DNA from: Prochlorococcus sp. AG-355-B18
Lineage (GTDB): Bacteria > Cyanobacteriota > Cyanobacteriia > PCC-6307 > Cyanobiaceae
Length of the DNA: 64,000 nt
Direction: 5' to 3'
Assembly: GCA_003280965.1 (NCBI GenBank)
Contig: QCDI01000001.1
Location: 32,001-96,000, forward strand
Numbering within the stretch: position 1 is the first letter of the stretch; every line of letters starts with the position of its first letter. The position numbers and the translations under genes are program-made. This document shows, in pieces, positions 40,402-51,016 of this stretch. Under the pieces are notes generated by a model, which was not told the origin of the DNA, did no database searches, and saw nothing but the letters and a program-made list of their open reading frames with translations.

Positions 40402-42105
40402 TTATGAAGAACAACTGTAATGAGATACTCCTCCATAGTTAAAATACTGGCTTGGCTTTAGCCGATTATATTTTTGATCTATTTCTGGGGGTTGTTCTAC
40501 ATATGGATTGCTAAAGACATCCTGTAATTCTTTTATTTTTTTGTAATTTCCCTTTTCAGCTTCTTCATATGCGGGAAGGACCATCCATTCGCGCCAAGTA
40601 TAGACTGGATTAAGGGATTTCATTGATGCTGATTTTGCTTTAATATTTCCCTCTTTCTTCAAGACTGATTGCCAGTTTTCAAGCCATACTTCCCACCTAT
40701 TATTGAGCTCGTCATTAATTGGTAAATAGAAACAGTCTTTTAAAGAATCTATGTTATCAGGTATTTCAGAGAGTTTACGGAACAAAATTGTATAGTCTGC
40801 TTTTGAAATGACCATGAGATTAAAAAATTCATTTATTAAGGTTTCGTTGTAATGTTCTAAACCAAGCTTGTTTGTCCACATTTTCATCAATTCTTTATTC
40901 ATTAATTCGGAAAATTCTTTTTCGATTTGATCTAACTTTTCTTGATCTTGTTTGCTTTGTGAAAGTAACGGGCTAAGAGATGAACAGAATGTTTTAAAGT
41001 TGATTGCCGCTGCAGAAGGCTGGTTAAAAAATGAGAAATGTTCACCTCCACCTGTCCATGGCTGAAATCTTGGATCAAATAATTCACAGAATCCAAAGGG
41101 GCCATAATCCAAGGTATAACCTCCAGCAGCACAATTATCACTATTGAAATTACCCTGGCAATAACCAACTCTCATCCAGTTGGCTATAAGTGATATAAGT
41201 CTTGATTTGTATAAAGAAGCCAGTTTTATTACTTTACTTTCAATTGAAATCTCATATTCAATTTCATCTTTATAATTTCTATCAATTAGATGTTGAACTA
41301 TCATCTTTAGTTCATTGAGGGCCTCATCATGCGCATTATTACGAACACGTCTTGCAAAAAGTTCAATCTGGCCTACACGTAAAAAAGATGGAGCAACTCT
41401 CGTAGTAATTGCCGCTTGATTATCAATCATAATATCAGGTTCAAAATATCTGGACCCTTTGGAATACCACGGTCTTCTAACTATTTCTGAACGTGAGACA
41501 AAAAGTGTTAACGATCTTGAGGTAGGGATTCCCAAAGCATCCATTAATTCCTGTGCAAGAAATTCTCGCACACTAGACCTTAAGACAGCCCTGCCATCTG
41601 CTCCACGACAGTAGGGAGTTTGACCTCCTCCTTTAAGTTGCATCTCCATTCTTTTCCCATTGAATAAACCTTCAAACACAGAAATTGCTCTGCCATCGCC
41701 ATAACCATTGCCAGTGCCAAAGGGACATTGTTGGGTATATTCAGTCCCGTAAATTGATAATGCATAACCTGTTGCCCAACCAAAAGGACTCATTGGATAA
41801 TCAGCAACAGAAATATCACCTGAGAAAAAACTGCAAAATTTCTGGTCTTTTGTAAGATTTGAGCTTAGTCCTAGTTCTTTAAAAAGTTTTTTGCTATGAG
41901 AAATATATTCTGATTCTGGAATCGCTGTTGGAACAACTGGTACGTAATGGCCTGAATATACTGAACGAGGTTTATGATCATTTCCATCTTTTGTTGATTG
42001 AGGATCTGCTTTAAGAGAATTCAAAAAAGAATAGTCAGAAAGTTGAGAAAACTCAGAAAAATTTTCCGTAAGCTTTTCTTTTAATGAATCAGACTTGGTT
42101 GACAT
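40402..42105 (-). CDS. selO: Protein adenylyltransferase SelO/YdiU
   Basis: GDGRA, QLKGGGQTPYCRGADGRAVLRSS, GNFNSDN, DYGPF, C-terminal SCSS. Confidence 0.92.
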   Translation of the reverse strand: MSTKSDSLKEKLTENFSEFSQLSDYSFLNSLKADPQSTKDGNDHKPRSVYSGHYVPVVPTAIPESEYISHSKKLFKELGLSSNLTKDQKFCSFFSGDISVADYPMSPFGWATGYALSIYGTEYTQQCPFGTGNGYGDGRAISVFEGLFNGKRMEMQLKGGGQTPYCRGADGRAVLRSSVREFLAQELMDALGIPTSRSLTLFVSRSEIVRRPWYSKGSRYFEPDIMIDNQAAITTRVAPSFLRVGQIELFARRVRNNAHDEALNELKMIVQHLIDRNYKDEIEYEISIESKVIKLASLYKSRLISLIANWMRVGYCQGNFNSDNCAAGGYTLDYGPFGFCELFDPRFQPWTGGGEHFSFFNQPSAAAINFKTFCSSLSPLLSQSKQDQEKLDQIEKEFSELMNKELMKMWTNKLGLEHYNETLINEFFNLMVISKADYTILFRKLSEIPDNIDSLKDCFYLPINDELNNRWEVWLENWQSVLKKEGNIKAKSASMKSLNPVYTWREWMVLPAYEEAEKGNYKKIKELQDVFSNPYVEQPPEIDQKYNRLKPSQYFNYGGVSHYSCSS

Positions 42106-42270
42106 TAAACTTGGAATTTATTCTTGATTGCGTTGTAATTTCTTTAAATTCAACACCTAGATATATCTTATATATTTTCTATCAGGGATGGTTTCTGCCG
42201 ATACTTTTCAGATTAAATAGAAGTTAAAATTTTATATTTACTTAAAAAAGGTTCCGCAGTAAAACATTTT

Positions 42271-43613
42271 CTAACTTACCCAGCCTTTCAGCAAATCAAA
42301 CACGCTAATAAATAGTCCGAAACCAATAATTAGAGGCGCTACCCATCTTGTCATGAATTTCAAATAACCTGTTGTTTTGGCTCCAACTTTAGAAACATTA
42401 AGTTCTTCATTAAACTTTCCAGGGACTACCCATCCCATAAAGAAAGTAACCAAGAATCCACCAAAGATTAATAATACTCCTCCAAAAATGGAATCAATTG
42501 TTCCAAGAATATTTAAATTTAATGCAGAAGGAATGCCAGCTAAGAAAAGGAATAGAGTTATCAACCAAACTGATTTTTCTCTTTTAAAGCCAAATTTATC
42601 CATTAAAGAGGAAACTGGAACCTCTAATAATGAAACAGATGAAGTTATGGCTGCAATATAAGCTAGTGCAAAAAATGCAACAGCTACAATTCTCCCGACC
42701 GCTCCATATGAACCTAAACCCGTAGGAATTGATATAAATAATGCTCCAACTGTTGATTCAGAAATAGCATCACTTAAACCAAATGTTAAAACAATCGGAA
42801 AAGTAATAAGTCCAGCCATAAGACCCACCAAAGTATCCAATGATGCTACTCCAACACTTAGTTTTGGAAGATTACTCTTTTTATTTAAATAGGAAGCGTA
42901 AGTCACCATAACTCCAATTCCTAAACTTAAAGAAAAGAAAGCTTGTGTAAAAGCATTTCTTATTGTTTGAGGGTTCCTTAATTCATCAAAGTCGAACTTA
43001 AACAAAAATGTCTTATATCCTTCCCATGCGCCTGAAAGTGAAGTAGCCCATATTGCTAGAAATAGAAGAATTATAAAAAGTATAGGCATAAAGAATCTTG
43101 TTACCTTTTCGATTCCTTTTTTTACACCTGATGAAACTATTATTGCTGTAAGTACAAGACTTAACAGGTGCCCCAACAAAACACCGCTACCACTGCTAAT
43201 CGAGCCAAAGAAGGTTTCTGCTTCAGTTAAATTCTTAGGTAATCCAAAAAATAAAGAATGGAACAAAGTATCGGCTGTCCATCCCATTATCACTGAATAA
43301 TATGATGCTATTCCCAGTGGAGCTATAAAAAAAAGAATTCCTAATGGATACCAATTTTTTCCAGCCAGCTTTACAGGTGCAAGTAATGTGCTTGCCATTG
43401 CGTTTCTACCTAATGCCATTTCAGCAACAAATACTGGAAGACATACAATTAAAACTATCAATATATACAAGAGTACAAAAGCAGCACCCCAACTTGAGAG
43501 GCTCTTTAAGCAAAACCCCAAAGATTGCCTAGACCTACTGCACTACCAGCAGCTGCGAGAATGAATCCTAATTTACTAGTCCATTGTTCTCTTTGAGAAA
43601 TTTTTGAGTCCAA
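42271..43613 (-). pseudogene. NSS/SNF-family sodium-dependent transporter, 5' disrupted
   Basis: TTG 43613 [35 protein letters not shown] then TAA (43506-43508) and a 1-nt deletion near 43487-43492 before GAAFVLLY. Confidence 0.82.
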
Positions 43614-43745
43614 AATAAAAATCGTTTTTTATAGTTGATTTATAACTCATAAATAAAAATTAGTTAATGCTTTGCTTAATAAAAACTAATTTTTTAAGAT
43701 AAATTTTTTAGGAAGATTTAGAATTAAAAAACTTTTATTATTCTT

Positions 43746-44027
43746 ATGACTATTGAAACAACTATTCTAGAATTTAATTTAAGTAATACTTATGAACAGT
43801 ATGAAGCCTATATGAATGCAAAAGAACAGCAGACAATGTTTAAAGAAATGGGTGTTAAAACTTTTTATATTGGTAAATCATTAGATGACCCTCAAAGAGC
43901 AACCGTAATTTTTCAAGGACCAGAAAACACTTTATATGATATTTTTATGAATCCTGAAACAAAGCCTATCGTTGAGGCTTCAGGGCATATTTATGAGGGT
44001 ACAAAAATAACTCGTTGGATTTCTTGA
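43746..44027 (+). CDS. DUF3764-family protein
   Basis: ETTILEF, FYIGKSLDDPQRATVIFQG, EASGH. Confidence 0.7.
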   Translation: MTIETTILEFNLSNTYEQYEAYMNAKEQQTMFKEMGVKTFYIGKSLDDPQRATVIFQGPENTLYDIFMNPETKPIVEASGHIYEGTKITRWIS

Positions 44028-44040
44028 AAAAAAATTTTTG

Positions 44041-44341
44041 ATGAATTATCAACTTTTAATTGAATCGTATTCTTTTGGTATAGACCTTTCTGAGCAAGAA
44101 ATAAAGCTCTTAAGCCTCGAACTAGAAACTCAAATGATGAACATTAATATATCTACAGAATTTGTATGTTTTAAATCTGCTCCCTCTCATATTTGTGAAA
44201 GACTTAATTTAAAAAAAAAATACATATTGGATAATGTGCCTTGCGGAAATATTAGATTTACATAAGTCAGCAAATTCAGGTAAAACAAAAAGTGTGGAAG
44301 TTTTTGATTTGCTTCTTGAAAAAGGACTTGTTTTTGGTTAA
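44041..44341 (+). pseudogene. Hypothetical protein frameshifted in an A10 run
   Basis: Removing one A at 44211-44220 continues RLNLKKNTYWIMCLAEILDLH...KGLVFG*. Confidence 0.55.
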
Positions 44342-44425
44342 TTAATTATTCAATTATTTGTTAATCAAAGAAAAGTTGTTTTTTGTATATGCTGATAGGA
44401 TTAATTTAAGATCAAATTAATAGAA

Positions 44426-44782
44426 ATGAAAGCTACTAGTGCATTCATATTGAAAAATATCATAGAACTTACTATATCAAGTGAGGATAAATTTAAGCAG
44501 GGAGATTTTAAAGGGGCCATGGAGGATAAAATTAAGGCTAATTCAATCTTGAAATCTAAATCTTGTGATCAAAAAATTATAGAGAAGTTTAGAGAAGAAC
44601 TATCTAGATTGTATTCCTCAAAATTCGATCTTATATTCGACCATAAACTTAAAATTGACGAAATAAAGAGAAATAAAATAGTGAGTATGTTGGAACATAA
44701 AAGTAAGGAAAAATTAAAAATTCTTGACTATAAAGGTGCAATAAAGGCCTTAAGAAGGGCAGAAAAATATTTATCAAATTAA
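44426..44782 (+). CDS. Hypothetical protein with two TPR-like motifs
   Basis: GDFKGAM and LDYKGAI repeats. Confidence 0.6.
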   Translation: MKATSAFILKNIIELTISSEDKFKQGDFKGAMEDKIKANSILKSKSCDQKIIEKFREELSRLYSSKFDLIFDHKLKIDEIKRNKIVSMLEHKSKEKLKILDYKGAIKALRRAEKYLSN

Positions 44783-45047
44783 GAACAACTTAAATATCGA
44801 TACTAATTAAATTTATTAATTTGAAAATAAAAAATAATTAAAGGGTTGATTTTTCTTCAGAATTCGTTTCTCTGGAAATAGATTATTTTTGCTATTAATT
44901 ATGGTTATGCCTCAATCTACATTGGAAAGCTTATTATTTTTTTTGATACTTTCTCTTGTTGCAACCTATATTGTAAATCTTAAATATTCCTCAAATTTAA
45001 AACCGCAAAAATAGCACTAATTATATTAAGCATCTTTTTTAATCATT

Positions 45048-45245
45048 TTATTTACCTGGATCACTCCAAGTTTCTTGGTATAACCAACTTAAAAAAGTCA
45101 AAGTGAGTATATTTCCAAATGCATAGATTAGTCCTAATAATGGGTTATAAATATTTGCAATAATTGTGGACATTATAAAAACTATTAGCGCTGATACAAC
45201 CAAATCCTTAATAGGCAAATGGTCTAAATTAATAGAATTTATCAT
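45048..45245 (-). CDS. Hypothetical membrane protein
   Basis: ORF track; two TM-like segments. Confidence 0.5.
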   Translation of the reverse strand: MINSINLDHLPIKDLVVSALIVFIMSTIIANIYNPLLGLIYAFGNILTLTFLSWLYQETWSDPGK

Positions 45246-45390
45246 TTGAAAATCGTAGATAAGCTATTAAAGGATTATAAAGCCACATAAAGAGAAATTT
45301 ACTTAATATTTTTTTCTATTAAAGTTTTTAATGAAGATATATATTTTTTATTGATATTTCTTTATTAACTATGGAAGAATTTTTATAGAT

Positions 45391-45621
45391 ATGAATCGAT
45401 TTAGGATACCTTCGATAATTATTGTTCTTTCATCATTATCTTATTTGAGTGTCACTTTTTTAAAAAATTATAATTCCCCAGAAAATATAGAAAAAAGATG
45501 TATTTTAAAATTTGAAAAAGATTTTAAAAATTTTTCCGAGTTATCTCCAAAAGAATGGGATCTTAATTTAGATTTAGCTGATAATAATTATTTAAAATGT
45601 ATGGGTATACCACTTTATTAA
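45391..45621 (+). CDS. Hypothetical exported protein
   Basis: N-terminal hydrophobic stretch, two Cys. Confidence 0.55.
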   Translation: MNRFRIPSIIIVLSSLSYLSVTFLKNYNSPENIEKRCILKFEKDFKNFSELSPKEWDLNLDLADNNYLKCMGIPLY

Positions 45622-45623
45622 TT

Positions 45624-45839
45624 ATGGGAGAAGCAAAGAGAAGAAAAGATCTAGGAATTCCGCCTAGAGATAAAACCGAAGATATAAAGCTACCTCAACT
45701 AGATAAAAAAGCGATACAACAAAAAGTTAGGAACACTTTATATAAGTATCCAATTATCCCTTTTCTTTTTTATGGAGCTGCAATAGTGATCTTAGTAGGA
45801 GGCCTATTTTATGTGTTCAAATCTTTTGGAATTATTTAA
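45624..45839 (+). CDS. DUF2839-family protein
   Basis: MGEAKRRKDLGIPPR. Confidence 0.75.
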   Translation: MGEAKRRKDLGIPPRDKTEDIKLPQLDKKAIQQKVRNTLYKYPIIPFLFYGAAIVILVGGLFYVFKSFGII

Positions 45840-45995
45840 TTAAATAGATTGATAATTTTAATAATATTTTTAAAGGATTATGAAATTTAGAAAAAAAAGT
45901 GCAAAATTCAATAATAAATAAATTGATATGTGAGAATTTTTTACGATTGACGCCGTCTTAAGATGTTGTAATTTTGGGTTACCTTAAAATTATTT

Positions 45996-46130
45996 ATGCA
46001 GAAAAAAAATAAAAAATATGCTGAAATAATGCATCAAGCTGATCAAGCGGTTGGAAGAAAAGAAGTAGTTAGTTTACTAAAAAAAGCTGCAATGATAATG
46101 GCAAAATCAGAGGAAAACTTAGCTGCATAA
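45996..46130 (+). CDS. Small hypothetical protein, 44 aa
   Basis: MQKKNKKYAEIMHQADQAVGRKEVVSLLKKAA... Confidence 0.6.
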   Translation: MQKKNKKYAEIMHQADQAVGRKEVVSLLKKAAMIMAKSEENLAA

Positions 46131-46499
46131 TTTAAAAAAACTATTTTATTAGCATCAATAAAAATCCATAAAGAATAATAGAGGAAGTGGCAGCCATAAA
46201 AAAAAATGGTAATATCATTCCTGAGTTCAACCATCTTAAAAATCTTATTTTTTTGTTAACTACTCTTGCCATTGTTTTAATTTCTCTTATTTTCAACTTA
46301 TCAAGTTAACAATATGGGGTAAATGTTTAATTTAATTTTATTTATAAAACGCTTAAGCAATTTTTAATACCAAATTTTATACAGAAAGAGAAATTCATTG
46401 TGCCCTAAAAATTTTGAATTTGAAATTTTTTTAGGTAATTAATACCTTGTATTCTTGAAATTTTTAAAGCAATATTTATTAATATAAAGTTTCTCAATA

Positions 46500-46775
46500 A
46501 TGATTAAAAATTTCAAAGATAAAAATGAGACTTTAAGAGATTATAACTCTGAATTATTACTTAAGATTCTAAATCAGACCTCTATAGAACCTAAAAATAC
46601 TAATTATAAAGAACTATTTGTAGATGAAAATTGGAAAATTAATTCAAAACATAGGAATAATATAATTACTCCGGATAATGGTAATTTGAAGAGAATTTTA
46701 TCAGAAATATTTCCAGATAAAAAAATATCGATTCAGAATAATAATGATGGGTCTCAGACAATTTTTATATTCTGA
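46500..46775 (+). CDS. Hypothetical protein
   Basis: ORF track, 91 aa. Confidence 0.55.
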   Translation: MIKNFKDKNETLRDYNSELLLKILNQTSIEPKNTNYKELFVDENWKINSKHRNNIITPDNGNLKRILSEIFPDKKISIQNNNDGSQTIFIF

Positions 46776-46985
46776 TCTACTTACCATAAAAATTATCTTG
46801 AAAGAACAGGCCTCTAGAATTGTCACGAAAATCATAATTTTTGACAATTAAGCTTTAGATTTTTTTATAAGTAATAACTTAAATTAAAGAGATTATTTTT
46901 TTGCATAAATAGGTTGTTTATTTTTTAGAAGAAAAATTAGTTAAAATTACTCTCGCATAAATTTTTTGGAGGTATTATTATTCAG

Positions 46986-47048
46986 TAACGTTCATCCAAG
47001 TTTATATATCTGGACGCATGACATGGGAATAGGGAACGGGATTCTCAT
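46986..47048 (+). promoter_or_regulatory. Downstream-peptide (glutamine class II) riboswitch
   Basis: CGTTCA...TCCA/TGGA-CGCA...GAACGGG; P1 CGTTC/GAACG; pseudoknot ATGGGAAT/ATTCTCAT; -10 TATTAT at 46974. Confidence 0.75.
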
Positions 47049-47063
47049 TAACTGCAAAAGACA

Positions 47064-47234
47064 ATGAATAACCTCTTAAAAATAAGAGAAAAAAAAATCA
47101 GAGCTAATAGGCTTTATGAAGCTCAACTTTTGGCTACTAAAAATGGAGAAGTAACTCCATACAGGAGATCAGTCTTCGAAGAAAGAATCAGGAAAACACA
47201 AAAAGAAATAGGATCGCAAGATACTAAAAATTAA
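47064..47234 (+). CDS. Small basic protein downstream of the riboswitch, 56 aa
   Basis: MNNLLKIREKKIRANRLYEAQLLATKNGEVTPYRR...; followed by terminator. Confidence 0.7.
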   Translation: MNNLLKIREKKIRANRLYEAQLLATKNGEVTPYRRSVFEERIRKTQKEIGSQDTKN

Positions 47235-47257
47235 ATTCTCACTTGTAACTGATTAAC

Positions 47258-47288
47258 AAAGAGAGGGATTAAACCCTCTCTTTTTTTT
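47258..47288 (+). terminator. Rho-independent terminator
   Basis: AAAGAGAGGG-ATTAAA-CCCTCTCTTTTTTTT. Confidence 0.85.
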
Positions 47289-47357
47289 ATAAAAACAATT
47301 TAACTATTAATTTATTTTGCCAATTATCGATTATTAAAAGAACATAATTTTGATTCT

Positions 47358-47711
47358 TTGACTATTGCGTTTAAGTATATAAGTGGCAGATTTAATTTAG
47401 GAATTAAAAGAAAAATAGTGATGTTTGAAAAGAAAAATAAACAATTTAAAAAATCACCCAATAAATCAAATTTAGATCAAATCTTATGGTTTATAGAAAA
47501 TTATTTACCTCAGAAGAAAGACCGAAGCGTTCAAAAAAAATTGTATATGGATAAGCTAGAAGCAGAAACTATTATACAATTTTCAAAATTAGCTTCTTTA
47601 CGTTCAAAAACATTATTCCCAACTACAAAAAATACAACGATCTCTTTTACTTTTGGTAATTGGGCCTTACCTTACCTGAAATTGCTTAAGAAAATAGGGA
47701 TAGCTAAGTAA
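47358..47711 (+). CDS. Hypothetical protein (start uncertain)
   Basis: ORF track. Confidence 0.45.
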   Translation: MTIAFKYISGRFNLGIKRKIVMFEKKNKQFKKSPNKSNLDQILWFIENYLPQKKDRSVQKKLYMDKLEAETIIQFSKLASLRSKTLFPTTKNTTISFTFGNWALPYLKLLKKIGIAK

Positions 47712-47863
47712 GAAAATTGTGATGGACTAAGATAAGATTTATCGTGAAAAAGAAATAAATAATGATTATGAAGTCATACCGGGTGCTTTTAGAAATTTAA
47801 GGAGCAAATTTACTTTACATAAAAAATACAATTGCTAAGTTTAAAATAAGAGATCTATTTATT

Positions 47864-48010
47864 ATGTTTCTAAATTATCTGCCAAGTGAAATGGTTGAAG
47901 TTGTTGGTTTAACAATGATTTTTTCATTTTTAATTGGAACTATATTAATTTTGTTATTTACATCAGATCAGGCAAATACAAAGAATCTATATCTAAAGAA
48001 GGCTAAATAG
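47864..48010 (+). CDS. Small membrane protein, 48 aa
   Basis: MFLNYLPSEMVEVVGLTMIFSFLIGTILILLF... Confidence 0.45.
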   Translation: MFLNYLPSEMVEVVGLTMIFSFLIGTILILLFTSDQANTKNLYLKKAK

Positions 48011-48112
48011 GTTTTAAATAATTTTTCCTTCTAAATAAGGAATATTAAAAAAAAAATTAACTCGCAGGTTTAGAACATAATTTTTAAAATTTAAGTATAA
48101 GAATTTATGATT

Positions 48113-48313
48113 ATGGGCGAAGCTAAAAGAAGAGCAAAGTTAGGATTGCCGCCTAGACAAAAAAACTTTGTATTAAATAAATCTGATAGATACTTTTCAT
48201 GGCTTCCAATTACCAAATCAAGAATTAAGAGATACCCTTATATGGGTGTCGCAACAATGGCATTAGGAGCGATAATTTTCTTAGTTAGTGGCGGAGCAAA
48301 TAGAATTAATTAA
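48113..48313 (+). CDS. DUF2839-family protein, second copy
   Basis: MGEAKRRAKLGLPPR. Confidence 0.75.
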   Translation: MGEAKRRAKLGLPPRQKNFVLNKSDRYFSWLPITKSRIKRYPYMGVATMALGAIIFLVSGGANRIN

Positions 48314-48331
48314 TTAGATTTTTGGCTAGGC

Positions 48332-48601
48332 TTACAATATACCTAAGTTTTTTTGTAGTAGTCTAATGCCAGATATTACAGAAATTATTGATGCTATACC
48401 AAGAAATATCGAGTAAAAAGGTTGAAAATTAATAATGCCAAAATTTCCTGTATGCCATTTGATTAACCAAAAAGCATCTACTCCTAATGGTTGAAGAATA
48501 CTATAAATAGTTCCACTTACAATGGTAATTAGTAAAGGGATTGCTGAAATTGCCGTTATTTTTCTGTGAATTTTTCTTTTATTAGTTTTTAATTTTTCCA
48601 T
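48332..48601 (-). CDS. PepSY-associated TM-like protein
   Basis: RKIHRK...PLLITIVSG, WLIKWHTG. Confidence 0.65.
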   Translation of the reverse strand: MEKLKTNKRKIHRKITAISAIPLLITIVSGTIYSILQPLGVDAFWLIKWHTGNFGIINFQPFYSIFLGIASIISVISGIRLLQKNLGIL

Positions 48602-48740
48602 CTATTTCCTCAAATAGATATGTAATTCTTATTCGTTTTTGCATGGCATCCATTTATCTTGGTTCTTATGTATTCCTTCGCAACCAAGTTCTAAAGATCT
48701 ATTTTCAGCGTCCTCCTCAGAAAGAAATGTCCCTCTCTAT
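48602..48740 (-). pseudogene. DUF3721-like gene lacking start and with internal stop
   Basis: RGTFLSEEDAENRSLELGCEGIHKNQDKWMPCKNE*ELHIYLRK*; TAA at 48629-48631. Confidence 0.65.
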
Positions 48741-49140
48741 TTGATGTTTTAAATATTTAATACATAGATTTTTTTCCTGATATACCTCTGCTATTGGAGC
48801 AATCTTTAAAGCAATAGCAAAAGTACCAATAACTAAAAGAATGTTTGTAGCTAGTCGAATGTTTGGTCGAAAATTTGATCTCATTCGTATTCTTTATTTC
48901 TGTCTATAACTTCCCTTAAATATATATCTTTTAGCTCGTTATTATATCCATTTTCTTCAATAAATTTCTCTAATTCCTTCAACTCTTTTTCTGTCATTAA
49001 GCAGATTTGGATATATTGTTTTTCATATCTTCAATTTGGTTGATTAATTCATCTAACCACTCGGTATTATTTTCGGATCTTTTCTGAAAATATGTAATAT
49101 TTGGTTGATTGATTTCTAGTGTCTCATAATCTCCACTCAT
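48717..49140 (-). CDS. Three translationally coupled small ORFs (48997-49140, 48881-48997, 48717-48884)
   Basis: MSGDYETL... (47 aa), TAATG, MTEKELKE... (38 aa), ATGA, MRSNFRPNIRLA... (55 aa). Confidence 0.6.
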
Positions 49141-49284
49141 AAATTCCCCCTAAATTTATACTCTGCATAATTTATCTAGATAAATTATGCTCATCAATAG
49201 GCTCTAATACTTATTTGTAATTTGCCATAGGTAAAAAACTACTTTTTTAATAGTATAAATATCAAGGAATTTATCTCCCAAAAT

Positions 49285-49389
49285 ATGACAACTAATGAAG
49301 AACTAGAAAAAAGAATAGAGACTTTAGAAAAAGAAGTAAAACACCTAAAAGCTATTCTGCAGTATCAAATGAGAAATAAGAAAAAGTGA
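49285..49389 (+). CDS. Small coiled-coil protein, 34 aa
   Basis: MTTNEELEKRIETLEKEVKHLKAILQYQMRNKKK*. Confidence 0.45.
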   Translation: MTTNEELEKRIETLEKEVKHLKAILQYQMRNKKK

Positions 49390-49836
49390 TTTTTCATATT
49401 GCATAGCAATTACGTTTGGTAGATAAGCATTTTCCCTATGTGGTTTTGGGTACCTAATGTAAAAGCTAAATATTAAAAGTTAGTTCATAATAAGGTACTT
49501 TTTAAAAAATATTTTTAGATCATTGATATTTAGAACATATTTGTTTTTATATATATAAAAGTTCTTGATATGATTAACTCAATAGCCATTCCATTATTAG
49601 TTTTAGGATTTTTACTTGCTTATAAAAGAATCAAGAGAAAGAAAAGGCGATTTCACGCCCCACCTACAAATCAGCTTCCGAGTTGAAGATTAAATTCCGT
49701 CTTCGTCTTCTCCAAAAGGGTTGTATCTAATATCCCAGATGAGAACTACTGCTATAGATAAAAGCAATAGGCCAAAAACAACTTGAGGAGGTGGAAATAT
49801 CATCAAAATAATCTAACAATAATCTACTAGCTTCGT

Positions 49837-50004
49837 TTATGAAAATTTCAAAGGGTAATCAATATTTTTTGGTTCTAGATGTTTTACATAACAAGCTGTA
49901 GTGCAATCCACTCCTTCACTATTGATACTACAAGAAGTTATGCATTCAAAAAAACTTTCCAAAGCGTCGGAATCTTTAATATTTGAATAAATGTCTTGTT
50001 TCAT
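49837..50004 (-). CDS. Small twin-CxxxC protein, 55 aa
   Basis: FFECITSCSINSEGVDCTTAC. Confidence 0.6.
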   Translation of the reverse strand: MKQDIYSNIKDSDALESFFECITSCSINSEGVDCTTACYVKHLEPKNIDYPLKFS

Positions 50005-50411
50005 AATTAAAGCTCCGCTTTAAAGCTTTATCTAGCAATTATTTCTTAAAAGTGTCAAATTTTAGGTAAAGTACTTACCTACCCTCTTATTAGAAAAATG
50101 TTGGATTTATTATAAGTTTTCTCCATTCTCAATCTATTAGTTTTTATATTCTTTTCTTGATTTCTTAATAGATACACCCCTCCAGCTATTCATTATTGGC
50201 TTACTTAACTTTTATTTAAACAATAATAAGAAATAAGAATCATTTTAATCTTGGAAGAGCACTTGAAGTATCTCCAAAAACTTCAAATACTTCACTCCTA
50301 AATCTATCGTTATTTATTAAGGTGAATTTTTAAATAACAAAAAGGGGCGTTAACTTCGCCCCAATCAAAAAAGCGGGATAATCCCAATCACCCAGCTTCT
50401 TAAAAATCCTA

Positions 50412-50427
50412 GCACTACATATGGTGT
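50412..50427. promoter_or_regulatory. NrdR-box-like palindrome
   Basis: GCACTACATATGGTGT vs acaCwAtATaTwGtgt. Confidence 0.5.
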
Positions 50428-50644
50428 TTGTAAGTAATAAAAATTACCTATTGATGGGGTTGTTTGTTTTAGTTTAATTTGTCATTATAGGAGTCCCCAT
50501 CACCTAGGCTCGTAAGAGTCTTTTTTTTTTTTTTTTTTTTTGCAATTTTGCTTTTAGGCCTTATCCGTTTTTAATTAGTGTTTAAAGACTTTTTATTTAA
50601 TTTTTAAATTCGATAATTAATAATTAAATAAATAATTTTTATTC

Positions 50645-50956
50645 ATGCAAACTTACATCGTACACTGGCAGTTTCCAGATCAAGAAAGTCACATGCAAGG
50701 GGCCGAAGCTTTTGCGGGTTTTGTGGAAGGAGGATGCGAAGGTGATGAATTTGATGGGTTTAAAGTTCTTAATCGAGTAGTAAATCCTGAGGGAGCTAAT
50801 GGTTGGGCAATAGTTGAATCTTCAAATCATCAGAACATTTGGAAATGGAGTAGTATTTGGGTCGATAATTTTGGCGTAGAAATTGAAGTTACACCAGTTT
50901 TAACAGATAAAGAATTTCTCTCCGTGCATAAAGAAATTTCAGCAGCCTCCAATTGA
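50645..50956 (+). CDS. DUF3303-family protein
   Basis: YIVHWQF, FDGFKVLNR, GWAIVES, EVTPVLTD. Confidence 0.75.
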   Translation: MQTYIVHWQFPDQESHMQGAEAFAGFVEGGCEGDEFDGFKVLNRVVNPEGANGWAIVESSNHQNIWKWSSIWVDNFGVEIEVTPVLTDKEFLSVHKEISAASN

Positions 50957-51016
50957 TTAGAAATCTTTTAAGTGATTGAAAGTTGATATAACATATAAGG
51001 ATAGTAGTTATTTTGT

